Assembly (NCBI GenBank): GCA_044225365.1 | Contig: JBGAIQ010000001.1 | Coordinates: 352,001-416,000, forward strand | Length of the DNA: 64,000 bases | Direction of reading: 5' to 3' | Source of the DNA: Planctomycetota bacterium | GTDB lineage: Bacteria > Planctomycetota > B15-G4 > JADJEK01 | Part shown: in pieces, positions 9,567 through 18,673 of the stretch | How positions within the stretch are numbered: position 1 is the first letter of the stretch | Layout of the letters: each line of letters starts with the position of its first letter | Program-made: the position numbers and the translations under genes | Notes under the pieces: generated by a model | Databases searched by the model: none | Seen by the model: only the letters and a program-made list of their open reading frames with translations | What the model was told of the DNA's origin: nothing

Positions 9567-10120
9567 CAGCGACTCTCCCCGTCGTCGTCGTTCGCATCGG
9601 TGTCGTCGTCGGAGTCGTTCTGATTCCTCTTGGTCGCCGCTTGCGCGGCTGTCGACCGACCGAGTTCGCGATCCTCGAGGACGAGTCGGCCATCCACGAG
9701 GCGCACGTCGGTGCGCCATACCGCGCGCGTCTCGCTCGGGTCCGGATGCGCGACGCGCCACTTCGGATCATTGAGGAGGCGCCGCAATGTCTCCTGGCTC
9801 GCTCCGACGAGGGCATCTTCCGGGGAGAGATTCGGATCGAGTTTTCGCGAGCGCTTGTAGTGGGCCTTGAAGAAGTTGTCGGTGTGATCACCGGTCCAGC
9901 CGAATTCGTCCTCGATCGGGATCTTCTTCCCCGCGCCGTCGGTGAGGAAGATGTACCAGGTGTTCTTCTCGAGGTTCGTGAACATCGGGAACCAGGAGAA
10001 CGGATAGAACTCCTGGATCCAGAGGCTGAACGCAATCGTCAGGATCATCAGCTTCCACGGGATGCGATGCAGGAAGCTCGATCGCCCCGCAGGCGTGGGA
10101 GCGGAGTGGGCCGAATTCAT
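9566..10120 (-). CDS. Membrane-anchored hypothetical protein, SdpA-like partner of the HTTM protein
   Basis: Single TM followed by EFYPFSWFPMF; acidic tail; TGATG coupling to the HTTM gene. Confidence 0.6.
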   Translation of the reverse strand: MNSAHSAPTPAGRSSFLHRIPWKLMILTIAFSLWIQEFYPFSWFPMFTNLEKNTWYIFLTDGAGKKIPIEDEFGWTGDHTDNFFKAHYKRSRKLDPNLSPEDALVGASQETLRRLLNDPKWRVAHPDPSETRAVWRTDVRLVDGRLVLEDRELGRSTAAQAATKRNQNDSDDDTDANDDDGESR

Positions 10121-10211
10121 TTCGAGGCTGGGACTCCGAATCGAAGGGGGATCACGATGCGTGGGTACGTTCGCGCGGCGTCGGGCCGGCCGTACGGTCC
10201 GAGGGCGGAAT

Positions 10212-10286
10212 TGGTTGGTGTGACAGGGTTCGAACCTGTGACCCTCTGCTTGTAAGGCAGATGCTCTGCCGCTGAGCTACACACCA
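10212..10286 (-). tRNA. tRNA-Val (anticodon TAC)
   Basis: Cloverleaf TGGTGTG-TA-GCTC..GAGC-A-TCTGC-CTTACAA-GCAGA-GGGTC-ACAGG-TTCGAAC-CCTGT-CACACCA-A-CCA. Confidence 0.96.
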
Positions 10287-10322
10287 ATCACGAACACGAC
10301 GCAGAGAAACGAAGAACGGAGA

Positions 10323-10397
10323 TGGTCGGGGCGACAGGATTTGAACCTGCGACTTCATGCTCCCAAAGCATGCACTCTACCCCTGAGCTACGCCCCG
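10323..10397 (-). tRNA. tRNA-Pro (anticodon TGG)
   Basis: Cloverleaf CGGGGCG...CATGC-TTTGGGA-GCATG...GCAGG-TTCAAAT-CCTGT-CGCCCCG-A-CCA. Confidence 0.96.
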
Positions 10398-10475
10398 ACG
10401 GATGCAGATGCACAGGGTGGTTCCAGCGTAGCAAGAGCACATGGCCAATACCATGCGTGCGCGATCCCTCGACCC

Positions 10476-11969
10476 TTACTTTGGCGGCGCGTCGTCGTTG
10501 ATCGCGGCCATTGGGTCGCGCTCGAGAGCGCGTAGCCACGGCTGGGCTCCCTCGGGTTCGGCGGCGCCGCGGGCGGCGTACCCCAGTTCCGCGATCTCCT
10601 GATTCGCGGCGTTCGAGAGTCGGGCTTCACCGGCCCCGCGAAATCGCGTCTCGGCCGCACACTCCTTGATCCAGCCGGCCAGCAGATCCCCGAGCTTCTT
10701 GCCGATCTCCGGCTGAGTCGCGAGCACATCGTTTTTTTCGGCCGGATCCGCGTTGAGATCGAACAACTGCCGGAACGGGCGGCGCAGCGAGACGACGAGC
10801 TTGAAATTGTGGTAGCGGATCGCCTTGTAGGGGAGGTGTGCACTCTCGGAGAACGCGGGAAGGTCGCGCTTCTCCCCGGCGACGATCTTCGTGAGGTCCT
10901 CACCGAGCCAACTCGATCCCGGTGCGATGTGCGCGAGTGCGGCAATCGTAGGTGCGATGTCGATCGAGCGCACCTGGTTCGCGATCCGCGCAGCGGGAAG
11001 GCCGGGACCCTTCATCAGCAACGGCACGCGCAGGTTCTCGTCGTAGAGGTTGTAGCCGTGGCCAGTACGACCATGTTCCCAGAACTCCTCGCCGTGATCC
11101 GACGTGATCACGACGAGCGTATCGGCAAGGAGTCCGCGCACGCGAAGGCCGTCGAAGAGGCGCGCGATCTCCCGATCGACCGAATGGATCGAAGCGTCGT
11201 AGAGCTGTCGCGCGTACAGGTGATCGCGGGGGAAGAGCGCCTTGAGGAAATCCGAGTTGTCGTTGCGTTGCAGTTGATCCGCGACCTTGCGCTCGGGCAA
11301 CTTCGCGAGCGTGGAGTCCTTCACCGTGATGTAGTGCGCGCGGTCTTCTTGCGTCGGGTCGTAGCGATGGACCTCGTAGGTGTGGAGGAAGCCGAAGAAG
11401 GACTGATCCCGCGGCGTGGCATCGATGCGCGCCAGCGCCTTGTCGACGATCGCGGCCATGTTCTGACCGTCTTCGTCGTAGGACTGGAAGCCCTGGTCGA
11501 ACCCGAGTTCGGAGTGCAGGAAGCCGCCGGCGACCGCGCCAAACGTCGCGTACCCCTCCGCCCGCATCGCTTCGGCGAGGGTCGTCGCGTTCTCGTGAAT
11601 GCGCGTGGGCTTCGCGAACGAACCGAGATCGAGTTCCGACGGATAGAGCGAGCAGAGCATCGCCGCATGCGAGGGGAGCGTCCAGGGTGCCTGGGCGATC
11701 GCGGAGTCGAAGACGGTCGCCGATCTCGCGAGCTGGTCGAGGAAGGGCGAGCACGTCGAGCGCGACTCGTAGAGGCCGAGTGCATCGCGGCGCAACGTAT
11801 CGATCGAGATGAGGAGGACGTTGGGCCGATCGGCCGGGCGCTGCCGGCCACAGCTCGACAGGAACGGCATCGCAAGTCCGAGCACAAGGCAGGACCCTGC
11901 ACGCGCGAGCGACGACGAATGGAGCGTACGGGATTCGCTCGAGGTCGAAACGAGGTGAGTCACTCGCAT
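10476..11969 (-). CDS. Sulfatase-like hydrolase/transferase (alkaline phosphatase superfamily), probably exported
   Basis: PNVLLISIDTLRRD, APWTLPSH, SDHGEEFWEHG and LFDLNADPAE motifs; possible lipobox FLSSC. Confidence 0.88.
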   Translation of the reverse strand: MRVTHLVSTSSESRTLHSSSLARAGSCLVLGLAMPFLSSCGRQRPADRPNVLLISIDTLRRDALGLYESRSTCSPFLDQLARSATVFDSAIAQAPWTLPSHAAMLCSLYPSELDLGSFAKPTRIHENATTLAEAMRAEGYATFGAVAGGFLHSELGFDQGFQSYDEDGQNMAAIVDKALARIDATPRDQSFFGFLHTYEVHRYDPTQEDRAHYITVKDSTLAKLPERKVADQLQRNDNSDFLKALFPRDHLYARQLYDASIHSVDREIARLFDGLRVRGLLADTLVVITSDHGEEFWEHGRTGHGYNLYDENLRVPLLMKGPGLPAARIANQVRSIDIAPTIAALAHIAPGSSWLGEDLTKIVAGEKRDLPAFSESAHLPYKAIRYHNFKLVVSLRRPFRQLFDLNADPAEKNDVLATQPEIGKKLGDLLAGWIKECAAETRFRGAGEARLSNAANQEIAELGYAARGAAEPEGAQPWLRALERDPMAAINDDAPPK

Positions 11970-12078
11970 GGCGAGAGACTAAATGGGCGCGGGCGATCCT
12001 GTAAATCACCGATCTTCCAAGGCCGTTTCTTGGTGGTAGATCCGGGGACGTAGATCGGGGACCGCGATCGGCGACGGA

Positions 12079-12678
12079 TCACATCTGTCGCAACAGGCCG
12101 ACGACAACGCCGCGCACCTCGGCGTTGTCGAAGTACATCGGCTCCATCGACGAGTTCGACGGCTGGAGTCGCACGCGATGGCCCTCGCGAAAGATGCGCT
12201 TCAACGTGACGCCGCCATCTGGAGTAGCGGCGACCACGATGTCCCCATCGCGGGGCGACTTGCGCCGATCGACGAGCACGAGATCGCCCTCGGCGATGTG
12301 ATCCTCGATCATGCTCTCTCCCGTCACCCGGAGGAGATGCAGATCGCCGGGACGGTCGAGCCACGAGTTGAGGCTGAACTCCTCGGGATTCTCGTAGGGT
12401 TCGTGCGGACTGCCGGCCTGGATGAGTCCGAGGATCGGCAGCACGAGGCGTGCATCCGCGGGGTCGGCCTCGGGTTCGACCAGTTCGATGGCGCGCGCTC
12501 GATTCTTCGCCTTCCGGAGAACTCCCTTCTCCTCGAGAGTCTTCACGTGGTCGTGAATCGTGATCTTGGAGACCTGGAAGTGATCCGCCATCTCTTCGAG
12601 GGTCGGCGCCACGCGGAACTTCGCGATGTACTGCCGCAAGAAGTCGAGGATCTCGAGCTGACGCTTCGTGAAGTACAT
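12079..12678 (-). CDS. lexA: SOS repressor LexA
   Basis: N-terminal wHTH (TKRQLEIL...PTLEEMA), Ala-Gly cleavage site IQAG, catalytic Ser (GESM) and Lys (TLKR). Confidence 0.95.
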   Translation of the reverse strand: MYFTKRQLEILDFLRQYIAKFRVAPTLEEMADHFQVSKITIHDHVKTLEEKGVLRKAKNRARAIELVEPEADPADARLVLPILGLIQAGSPHEPYENPEEFSLNSWLDRPGDLHLLRVTGESMIEDHIAEGDLVLVDRRKSPRDGDIVVAATPDGGVTLKRIFREGHRVRLQPSNSSMEPMYFDNAEVRGVVVGLLRQM

Positions 12679-12778
12679 GCCTTATGGGGCTCCGGTGGGA
12701 AAGTCGGTCGCGACCCGATTCCCGATGGGTGGACGCAGAACGAAGGTAGGTCGAACGACCTCTCGCGCTCGAGCGCGC

Positions 12779-12895
12779 GAACGTGTGAACTCGGAACGAA
12801 CGGTCGGGTTATAAGAACAGGATCACGGCGAGAACAAGCGTCATCAGCATCGCGGCCAGACCATCCCGTCCAAACAGGTTCAAGAACGTGCGAAC
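12779..12895 (-). promoter_or_regulatory. Putative lexA promoter with candidate LexA operators
   Basis: Minus-strand TTGTTC (12832-12837)-N18-TATAAC (12808-12813), flanked by GAACGTGTGAAC (12779-12790) and GAACGTGCGAAC (12884-12895). Confidence 0.5.
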
Positions 12896-13233
12896 CATTT
12901 CCATGCCTCCTGCAGTTGCCTGCGATACGGTTTTGAGCTGCTGCCCGCCACTTCGGCGGGCTCTCCGATTCGTCTCCTTGCCCCCAGTGAGTGAGCGAGC
13001 GGGCGTGCGAGCGAGGGAACGGGGACGACTCGGAGCCGAAAGGTGCGGGTTCGGGATGCGCTTCGAGCTACGTTTGAGAGAACCGTCAGGACCAGGAGAT
13101 CGCAGCTGTGGATCGAGTCGAGCGCTGAACCGAACCGAACACCTTCCGAACTTCGCGCGATGTTAGGGTAACGGAAGGCGAACGCCAAGCGAAAAAGGCT
13201 AACTTTTAACGAACATCCGCGAGGTGCGCGCAA

Positions 13234-14922
13234 ATGTCGAATTCACAAAGAGCTACGGGGAGCGAACGAAGCCTTTCCGGATCCGCGAGCGAGATTCCGA
13301 TCCCGCAAAGCCCAGTGAAGGCCAGCATTCGCGGCCCGCGTTATCTCTCGTTGCGGCCGGAGGAGTGCTCGACGATCGTGGCGAGCGAGGTGGTCGTGAT
13401 CGGTGGGGGCGTCGCCGGATCGTGCGCGGCGCTGGAAGCGGCGAAGCACGGCAGCGTGACGCTGGTGACGAAGAGCTCGCTCGAAGAGTCCAATACGCGT
13501 TACGCACAGGGCGGCGTCGCCGCGGTGCTCGGGCGCGACGATTCGTTCGACGCCCATGTCCGCGATACGCTGGCGGTCGGCGGGGGCCTCTGCCACGAGG
13601 ACGCGGTTCGGGCGATCGTCGAAGAAGGGCCGCGCGCGATCGAGCGCCTCATCGAGATGGGCGGCAACTTCGATCGCGTCGATCAGAAGATCGCACTTTC
13701 GCTCGAAGGCGGTCACAGTCACGGTCGCATCGTGCATGCGCGCGGAGATGCGACAGGACTCGAGATCCAGACGGTGCTCGCGGCGCGCGTGCGAGGCGAG
13801 CCGCGCATTCGGGTCGTCGAGCACTGCTTCGCGATCGACCTCGTGACGATCGAAGGCGCGGTGGCCGGAGTCATCGTCATGGGGGCGGATCGACGCCCCC
13901 AGTTGCTGCGCTGTCGCGCCGTGATCCTCGCCGCTGGCGGCGCGGGTCAGATCTATCGCGAGACGACGAATCCCCCCGTCGCGACGGGCGATGGAGTGGC
14001 TCTCGCGTTTCGAGCCGGCGCGGAGCTACGCGGCCTCGAGTTCTTCCAATTCCATCCCACGACGCTCTACGTCGCGGGCGCACCGCGCGTGCTGATCTCG
14101 GAGACGGTGCGCGGTGAAGGTGGGATCCTGCGCGATCGCGACGGCGTCGCGTTCATGCGCGAGGTCCACCCGCTCGCCGACCTGGCGGGGCGCGACGTGG
14201 TGAGCCGCGAGATCGTGCGCCGCATCATCGAGACGGGGGATTCGTGCGTCTACCTCGATGTGCGACACCTCGGCGAGGCCCATTTCCGGAAACGGTTCCC
14301 CGGCATCGCGCGCGCGCTCGATGCGGCGTTCGTCGATTTCACGAGGGAACCGATTCCGGTCCATCCCGCGGCGCACTACATGGTCGGCGGCGTCGTGGCG
14401 GACGTTCAGGGTCGTACGTCGGTGCCGGGTCTCTTCGCGGTCGGTGAGGTCGCGTCGACGGGCCTGCATGGCGCGAACCGACTCGGCTCCAACTCCCTCC
14501 TCGAAGGACTGGTGAGCGGCGGGCACGCGGGGCGTCTTGCTGCCACCCATCCAGGCCCGGGCGCGGGAGAGTACGACAGTGGCGACGTACCCGGGGAACG
14601 AGCTCCGCACGATCTCGATCGTGTCGACCTGTGGAATTCTCTGCGGGCCGTGATGTGGAAGCGCGTCTCCATCGAACGCGATTCCGGCGGCCTGCGATTC
14701 GCGCGCGAGAATCTCGAGCGCTGGGCGAATCGGTTGTTCCGCATCCGCTTCGACGATGCCGCCGGATTGGAACTCGTCAACGCGCTCACGCTGTCGTGCC
14801 TCGTCGCGAACTTCGCGCTCGCGAGGAACGAGAGCCGCGGCACGCATTTCCGCTCGGATCATCCCGAACGCGACGACGCGGCCTGGCGACTCGATCTGGT
14901 CACTGCACGCGCGCCGGCGTGA
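13234..14922 (+). CDS. nadB: L-aspartate oxidase
   Basis: IGGGVAG FAD motif, SNTRYAQGG, EGGHS, QFHPT, LISETVRGEG, HYMVGG, GLHGANRLGSNSLLE and ESRGTHFR. Confidence 0.96.
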   Translation: MSNSQRATGSERSLSGSASEIPIPQSPVKASIRGPRYLSLRPEECSTIVASEVVVIGGGVAGSCAALEAAKHGSVTLVTKSSLEESNTRYAQGGVAAVLGRDDSFDAHVRDTLAVGGGLCHEDAVRAIVEEGPRAIERLIEMGGNFDRVDQKIALSLEGGHSHGRIVHARGDATGLEIQTVLAARVRGEPRIRVVEHCFAIDLVTIEGAVAGVIVMGADRRPQLLRCRAVILAAGGAGQIYRETTNPPVATGDGVALAFRAGAELRGLEFFQFHPTTLYVAGAPRVLISETVRGEGGILRDRDGVAFMREVHPLADLAGRDVVSREIVRRIIETGDSCVYLDVRHLGEAHFRKRFPGIARALDAAFVDFTREPIPVHPAAHYMVGGVVADVQGRTSVPGLFAVGEVASTGLHGANRLGSNSLLEGLVSGGHAGRLAATHPGPGAGEYDSGDVPGERAPHDLDRVDLWNSLRAVMWKRVSIERDSGGLRFARENLERWANRLFRIRFDDAAGLELVNALTLSCLVANFALARNESRGTHFRSDHPERDDAAWRLDLVTARAPA

Positions 14923-15531
14923 TCAGCGCGGAATGAAGACCGTGAAGCCGACCGGGATCGGGGTGGTCGGGTCCTTCGGCAGGTTCGGATTGGCGTGGCG
15001 CAGCGGCGCGAGGATCGAGTCCGCTTTGTAGTAGCGCTTCGCGACGTCGCGCGAGTTGCGACGACCATCGGCGATGAATCGCTCGAAATGATCGACCGGG
15101 ATCTTGAGTTCGACGCCGATCTTCAGATCCCTCGCGCTCTTCAGGTTGTTCGCCTTCAGGATGCGATCGACGAGTTCGGGAGTGCCCGCGCCGAAGAACT
15201 CGGTGGCGATCTTCATCGGGTTGTCGCCCTTCTCGATCTTGTAGCGCAGGATCGGGTCGGGCGCTTTCCATGGGAGTTTCGGCGCCTTGGACGTCGGGGC
15301 CGAGTTCGAAGCCCGGTCGGTCGGTTTTTTCTCGCGCGCCTCGGCGACCGGATCGCTCTCGGAGTCGCCGCTCTTCGAGCGTGGGTTGTTGCCGCCGATC
15401 ATGAACTTCAGAGTGCGATCGACATCCGGGTCCGCGTTGGGCGCGTCACCGCTACCCGCCGTTTCGACCAGGATGATGCCGCAGACGGCGATCAGGAACA
15501 GGATCAGGATCCCAACGGCGACTCGTTGCAT
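14923..15531 (-). CDS. Membrane-anchored LysM domain protein
   Basis: N-terminal TM; YKIEKGDN..KIA...ILKAN...LKIGVELKIP LysM repeat plus a second degenerate repeat. Confidence 0.8.
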   Translation of the reverse strand: MQRVAVGILILFLIAVCGIILVETAGSGDAPNADPDVDRTLKFMIGGNNPRSKSGDSESDPVAEAREKKPTDRASNSAPTSKAPKLPWKAPDPILRYKIEKGDNPMKIATEFFGAGTPELVDRILKANNLKSARDLKIGVELKIPVDHFERFIADGRRNSRDVAKRYYKADSILAPLRHANPNLPKDPTTPIPVGFTVFIPR

Positions 15532-15644
15532 GCGTCCTCATTCCGCGCGACGAACTCACCAGCACGCGCCCATCGACGCGCGCAGTGTGGCGAACCCAGG
15601 GATCGTACTCAAGCGAGAAGTGGAGTCGGCCTCGAGCCGATCCG

Positions 15645-18557
15645 TCAAGCGGCGGGGGCTTGCGCCGGCGGTGCGCCCTTCGTGCCGGAGTTCTTGCTCG
15701 CCTTGGCGCGCGTCTCCAGCCATTCGACGAGCGGACTCGCGATGTAGATACTCGAGTAGGTACCGATGACGACGCCGACGAGCATGATGAAGGCGAAGCC
15801 TTCGAGCACGTTGCGCTGGCCGTAGTTGACGATGAAGAGCACGAGCACCGCGATGAACACCGTCATCGAGGTCATGATCGTGCGCGACAGCGTCTGATTG
15901 ATCGAGATGTCGATGATCTCCTTGAACGGCTTCTCCGGCGACCGCTGCAGGTTCTCGCGGAGTCGGTCGTAGACGACGATCGTGTCGTTCAACGAGTAGC
16001 CGATGAGAGTCATCAACGAACCGATCGCGACGAGGTCGAACTCGCAGTCGACGATCCCGAGATGGTGGACGACCGACATCGCCGCGAGGCAGATCGCGAG
16101 GTCGTGGATACAAGCGACGATCGCGGCGAAGCCCCAGATGAAGTCGTTGAACCGCACGCGGAGGTAGATGAGGATTCCGATCATCGCCCAGAAGACGGCG
16201 AGGATCGCGCTGTCGCGCAGCTCCTGGCCGACCTTGCCGGTGATGTACGAGCTTTCGGGCGTCGGGTCGGAGAGCTTCGCGCCGGCGGCGAGTTCGGTGA
16301 GGCCGCCCGCGACGATCGCGCGGAGCTTGTCCTCGGGGAGCACGTCGGCGACGGAGACGTCGACCTTGTACTGGCTCGCCGCCGCCTCGCCCTGCGGCTC
16401 GATCGACTGGACGGTCAGCACCGAGCGCAGGCGCTGCTCGACAATCTTCGCCGCGACCGGGCGGTCGAGGTTGAGCGTGAACTTCGCGTTCGTCTTCTTC
16501 GCCGCGTCATCGACCTTGAGATCGAGATCGACGATGCCCTGCGGCACGAGTTTGCCGGCGAAGGCCCCGGTGATCTTCGGCAGATACACCTTGCTCATGT
16601 CGCCCTTCGAGTCGGCGCCTTCAAGCGTGCGATCCGCGCGGATCTTGATGAGGAAGTCGCGGCCCGAGCCGCCGACGGCATTCGTGGCGCCGCCGACGCC
16701 CGCCATCGAGACGACCTGCGCGCCTTCGAAGACCGCGCCGATCTTCGATTCGACGTCGCCCTGCGTCATCGGCTCGGTGAGCTGGATGCGCGTCTGGAAA
16801 CCGCCGACGAAGTCGAGGCCGCGCAGCGAGTCGTAGTCCGCGAGGAAGAGCGCGAGACCGCCGACGATGCCGACGACCGACGCCGTACCGCACACCTTGA
16901 AGTACTTGGTGAACGGCACGTTCGCGTTGGCGAACGTGTGGCGCAGGTTCATGTGCTTGAACCAGTCGTACTGGATGCCGAGCGCGAAGAGGATCTTCTG
17001 GCCGACGATCGCCGCGTACATCGTGACGACGATGCCGAGCATCAGCGTGACCGCGAATCCCTTGATGGGACCGGTGCCGTAGAAGTAGAGGATCGCGCCG
17101 GTGAGGAACGTGGTGGCCTGGGCGTCGAAGATCGTGACGAACGCGCGGTCGAAACCGTTCTTGATCGACTGCGGGATCGTCTTGCCCTTCTGGCGCTCCT
17201 CGCGAATACGCTCGTTGATGAGGATGTTCTGGTCGATCGCCATGCCGACCGTGAGCACGATGCCGGCGATGCCGGGCATCGTCAATGTCGCTTCGAGGAA
17301 GCCGAGCCCGCCGAGCAGGTAGTAGATGCCGAGCACGAGCGTGAGCGCGGACAGGATCCCGACGAATCCGTAGTACCAGACGATGAAGCCGATGACGAGC
17401 ACGCTCGCGATCACGCCGGCGATGATGCCGCGGTGGATCGAGGCCTCACCGAGCGACGGACCGATCGTGGCCTTCGAGAGCAATGATGGCGTCACCTTCA
17501 GCGAGCCGGACTGGAACACCGAGATGAGGCCCTTCAGTTCCTCGGTCGTGAAGCCGCGCGCGCCACCTTCGATGATGCCCTGGGTCTCGATCGGGCTGTT
17601 CAGATTGGGCGCGGAGTGCACTTCGCCATCGAGGACGATCGCCATCTGACGCTGGTGGTACTTGGTGGTGAACTCCTTGAAGTCGCTACCACGCGTATCG
17701 ATGATGTGGAAGCCGAGCGCGGGACGTCCGCCCTGATCCGTCGTCTGGAAGACGCGCTCGATCGAGTCGCCCGCGAACTGTTCCTTCGGATTGTTGTCGA
17801 GCTCGAGCATCTCGAACGGGAAGGTGCGGCCGTAGCCGTTCTCGATCGCGCGCGCCGAGTACGGGTACCAGCGATAGGTCTTGCCGCTCACGCCCTTGAG
17901 GTCGAACTTCGTGAGTTCGAAGCTCTTCGGCGTCGCATTCGGATTCGTCTTCTTCCAGTCGTTCCACGCGGTCTCGACCTTGGTTTTTTCCTTCGTGAGG
18001 TCGAGGTTGTCCGCAAGCGCGTCCTTCGCGACGATGAGGAATTGCAAGGTGCCGAGGCGCTGGATCACCTGCTCGTACGCGATCGATTCTTCCATCGTCA
18101 CGGACGGGAGTTCGATCAGGATCTGATCGGGCGGCGCGGCGACGACCGAGAGTTCCTTCACGCCGATCGAGTCGAGACGCTTGCGGAAGGTGGCGACCGT
18201 CTGTTCGAGCGTCTCCTTGATCTTCGCCGGATCCGTCTCGGGGATGTCGAGCTTGTAGCGCAGCGAAGTGCCGCCACGCAGGTCGAGACCGAGGTTGAGG
18301 TCGACCTCGATGTTGAACCAGTTGCGCTCCTTGATGCGCGCCTTCTCGAGCTTCTGCACGTAGCCGGACGCGCGCTCGACCTCGACCGTGGTGTCGTCCT
18401 CGGCCTTGGCGTGGCCCATGATCACGGTGCCGTCGTCGAGGACGAATTTCGTTCGCTGCTCGAAGAGCCCGATCGTGAACAGCACGAACAGCCCGATCGT
18501 GGCATAGATCCACTTCGGAAGAGCGGGCATCAAGTTCTGCTTCTGCTTCATCGCCAT
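15645..18557 (-). CDS. secDF: Protein translocase fused SecD/SecF
   Basis: LGLDLRGG, AIVLDG, IGPSLG, LTMPGIAGIVLTVGMAIDQNILINERIREE, GLDFVGG and GYSLNDTIVVYDRLREN. Confidence 0.96.
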   Translation of the reverse strand: MAMKQKQNLMPALPKWIYATIGLFVLFTIGLFEQRTKFVLDDGTVIMGHAKAEDDTTVEVERASGYVQKLEKARIKERNWFNIEVDLNLGLDLRGGTSLRYKLDIPETDPAKIKETLEQTVATFRKRLDSIGVKELSVVAAPPDQILIELPSVTMEESIAYEQVIQRLGTLQFLIVAKDALADNLDLTKEKTKVETAWNDWKKTNPNATPKSFELTKFDLKGVSGKTYRWYPYSARAIENGYGRTFPFEMLELDNNPKEQFAGDSIERVFQTTDQGGRPALGFHIIDTRGSDFKEFTTKYHQRQMAIVLDGEVHSAPNLNSPIETQGIIEGGARGFTTEELKGLISVFQSGSLKVTPSLLSKATIGPSLGEASIHRGIIAGVIASVLVIGFIVWYYGFVGILSALTLVLGIYYLLGGLGFLEATLTMPGIAGIVLTVGMAIDQNILINERIREERQKGKTIPQSIKNGFDRAFVTIFDAQATTFLTGAILYFYGTGPIKGFAVTLMLGIVVTMYAAIVGQKILFALGIQYDWFKHMNLRHTFANANVPFTKYFKVCGTASVVGIVGGLALFLADYDSLRGLDFVGGFQTRIQLTEPMTQGDVESKIGAVFEGAQVVSMAGVGGATNAVGGSGRDFLIKIRADRTLEGADSKGDMSKVYLPKITGAFAGKLVPQGIVDLDLKVDDAAKKTNAKFTLNLDRPVAAKIVEQRLRSVLTVQSIEPQGEAAASQYKVDVSVADVLPEDKLRAIVAGGLTELAAGAKLSDPTPESSYITGKVGQELRDSAILAVFWAMIGILIYLRVRFNDFIWGFAAIVACIHDLAICLAAMSVVHHLGIVDCEFDLVAIGSLMTLIGYSLNDTIVVYDRLRENLQRSPEKPFKEIIDISINQTLSRTIMTSMTVFIAVLVLFIVNYGQRNVLEGFAFIMLVGVVIGTYSSIYIASPLVEWLETRAKASKNSGTKGAPPAQAPAA

Positions 18558-18673
18558 GGCGCGTTGCGCTCCGTCACTCTCGGCTCAATTCGGACTTGGC
18601 AGCTTCGGCGTACTGCGCCTTCCTTCACGCACAGTACGCCGCGCTCGGCTCAGGATCGTCGGGGCAGATCGGG

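Noticed and set aside
10120-10476. Genomic island integrated at the tRNAs
   Set aside because: No integrase, no duplicate of a tRNA 3' end seen and no obvious compositional shift.
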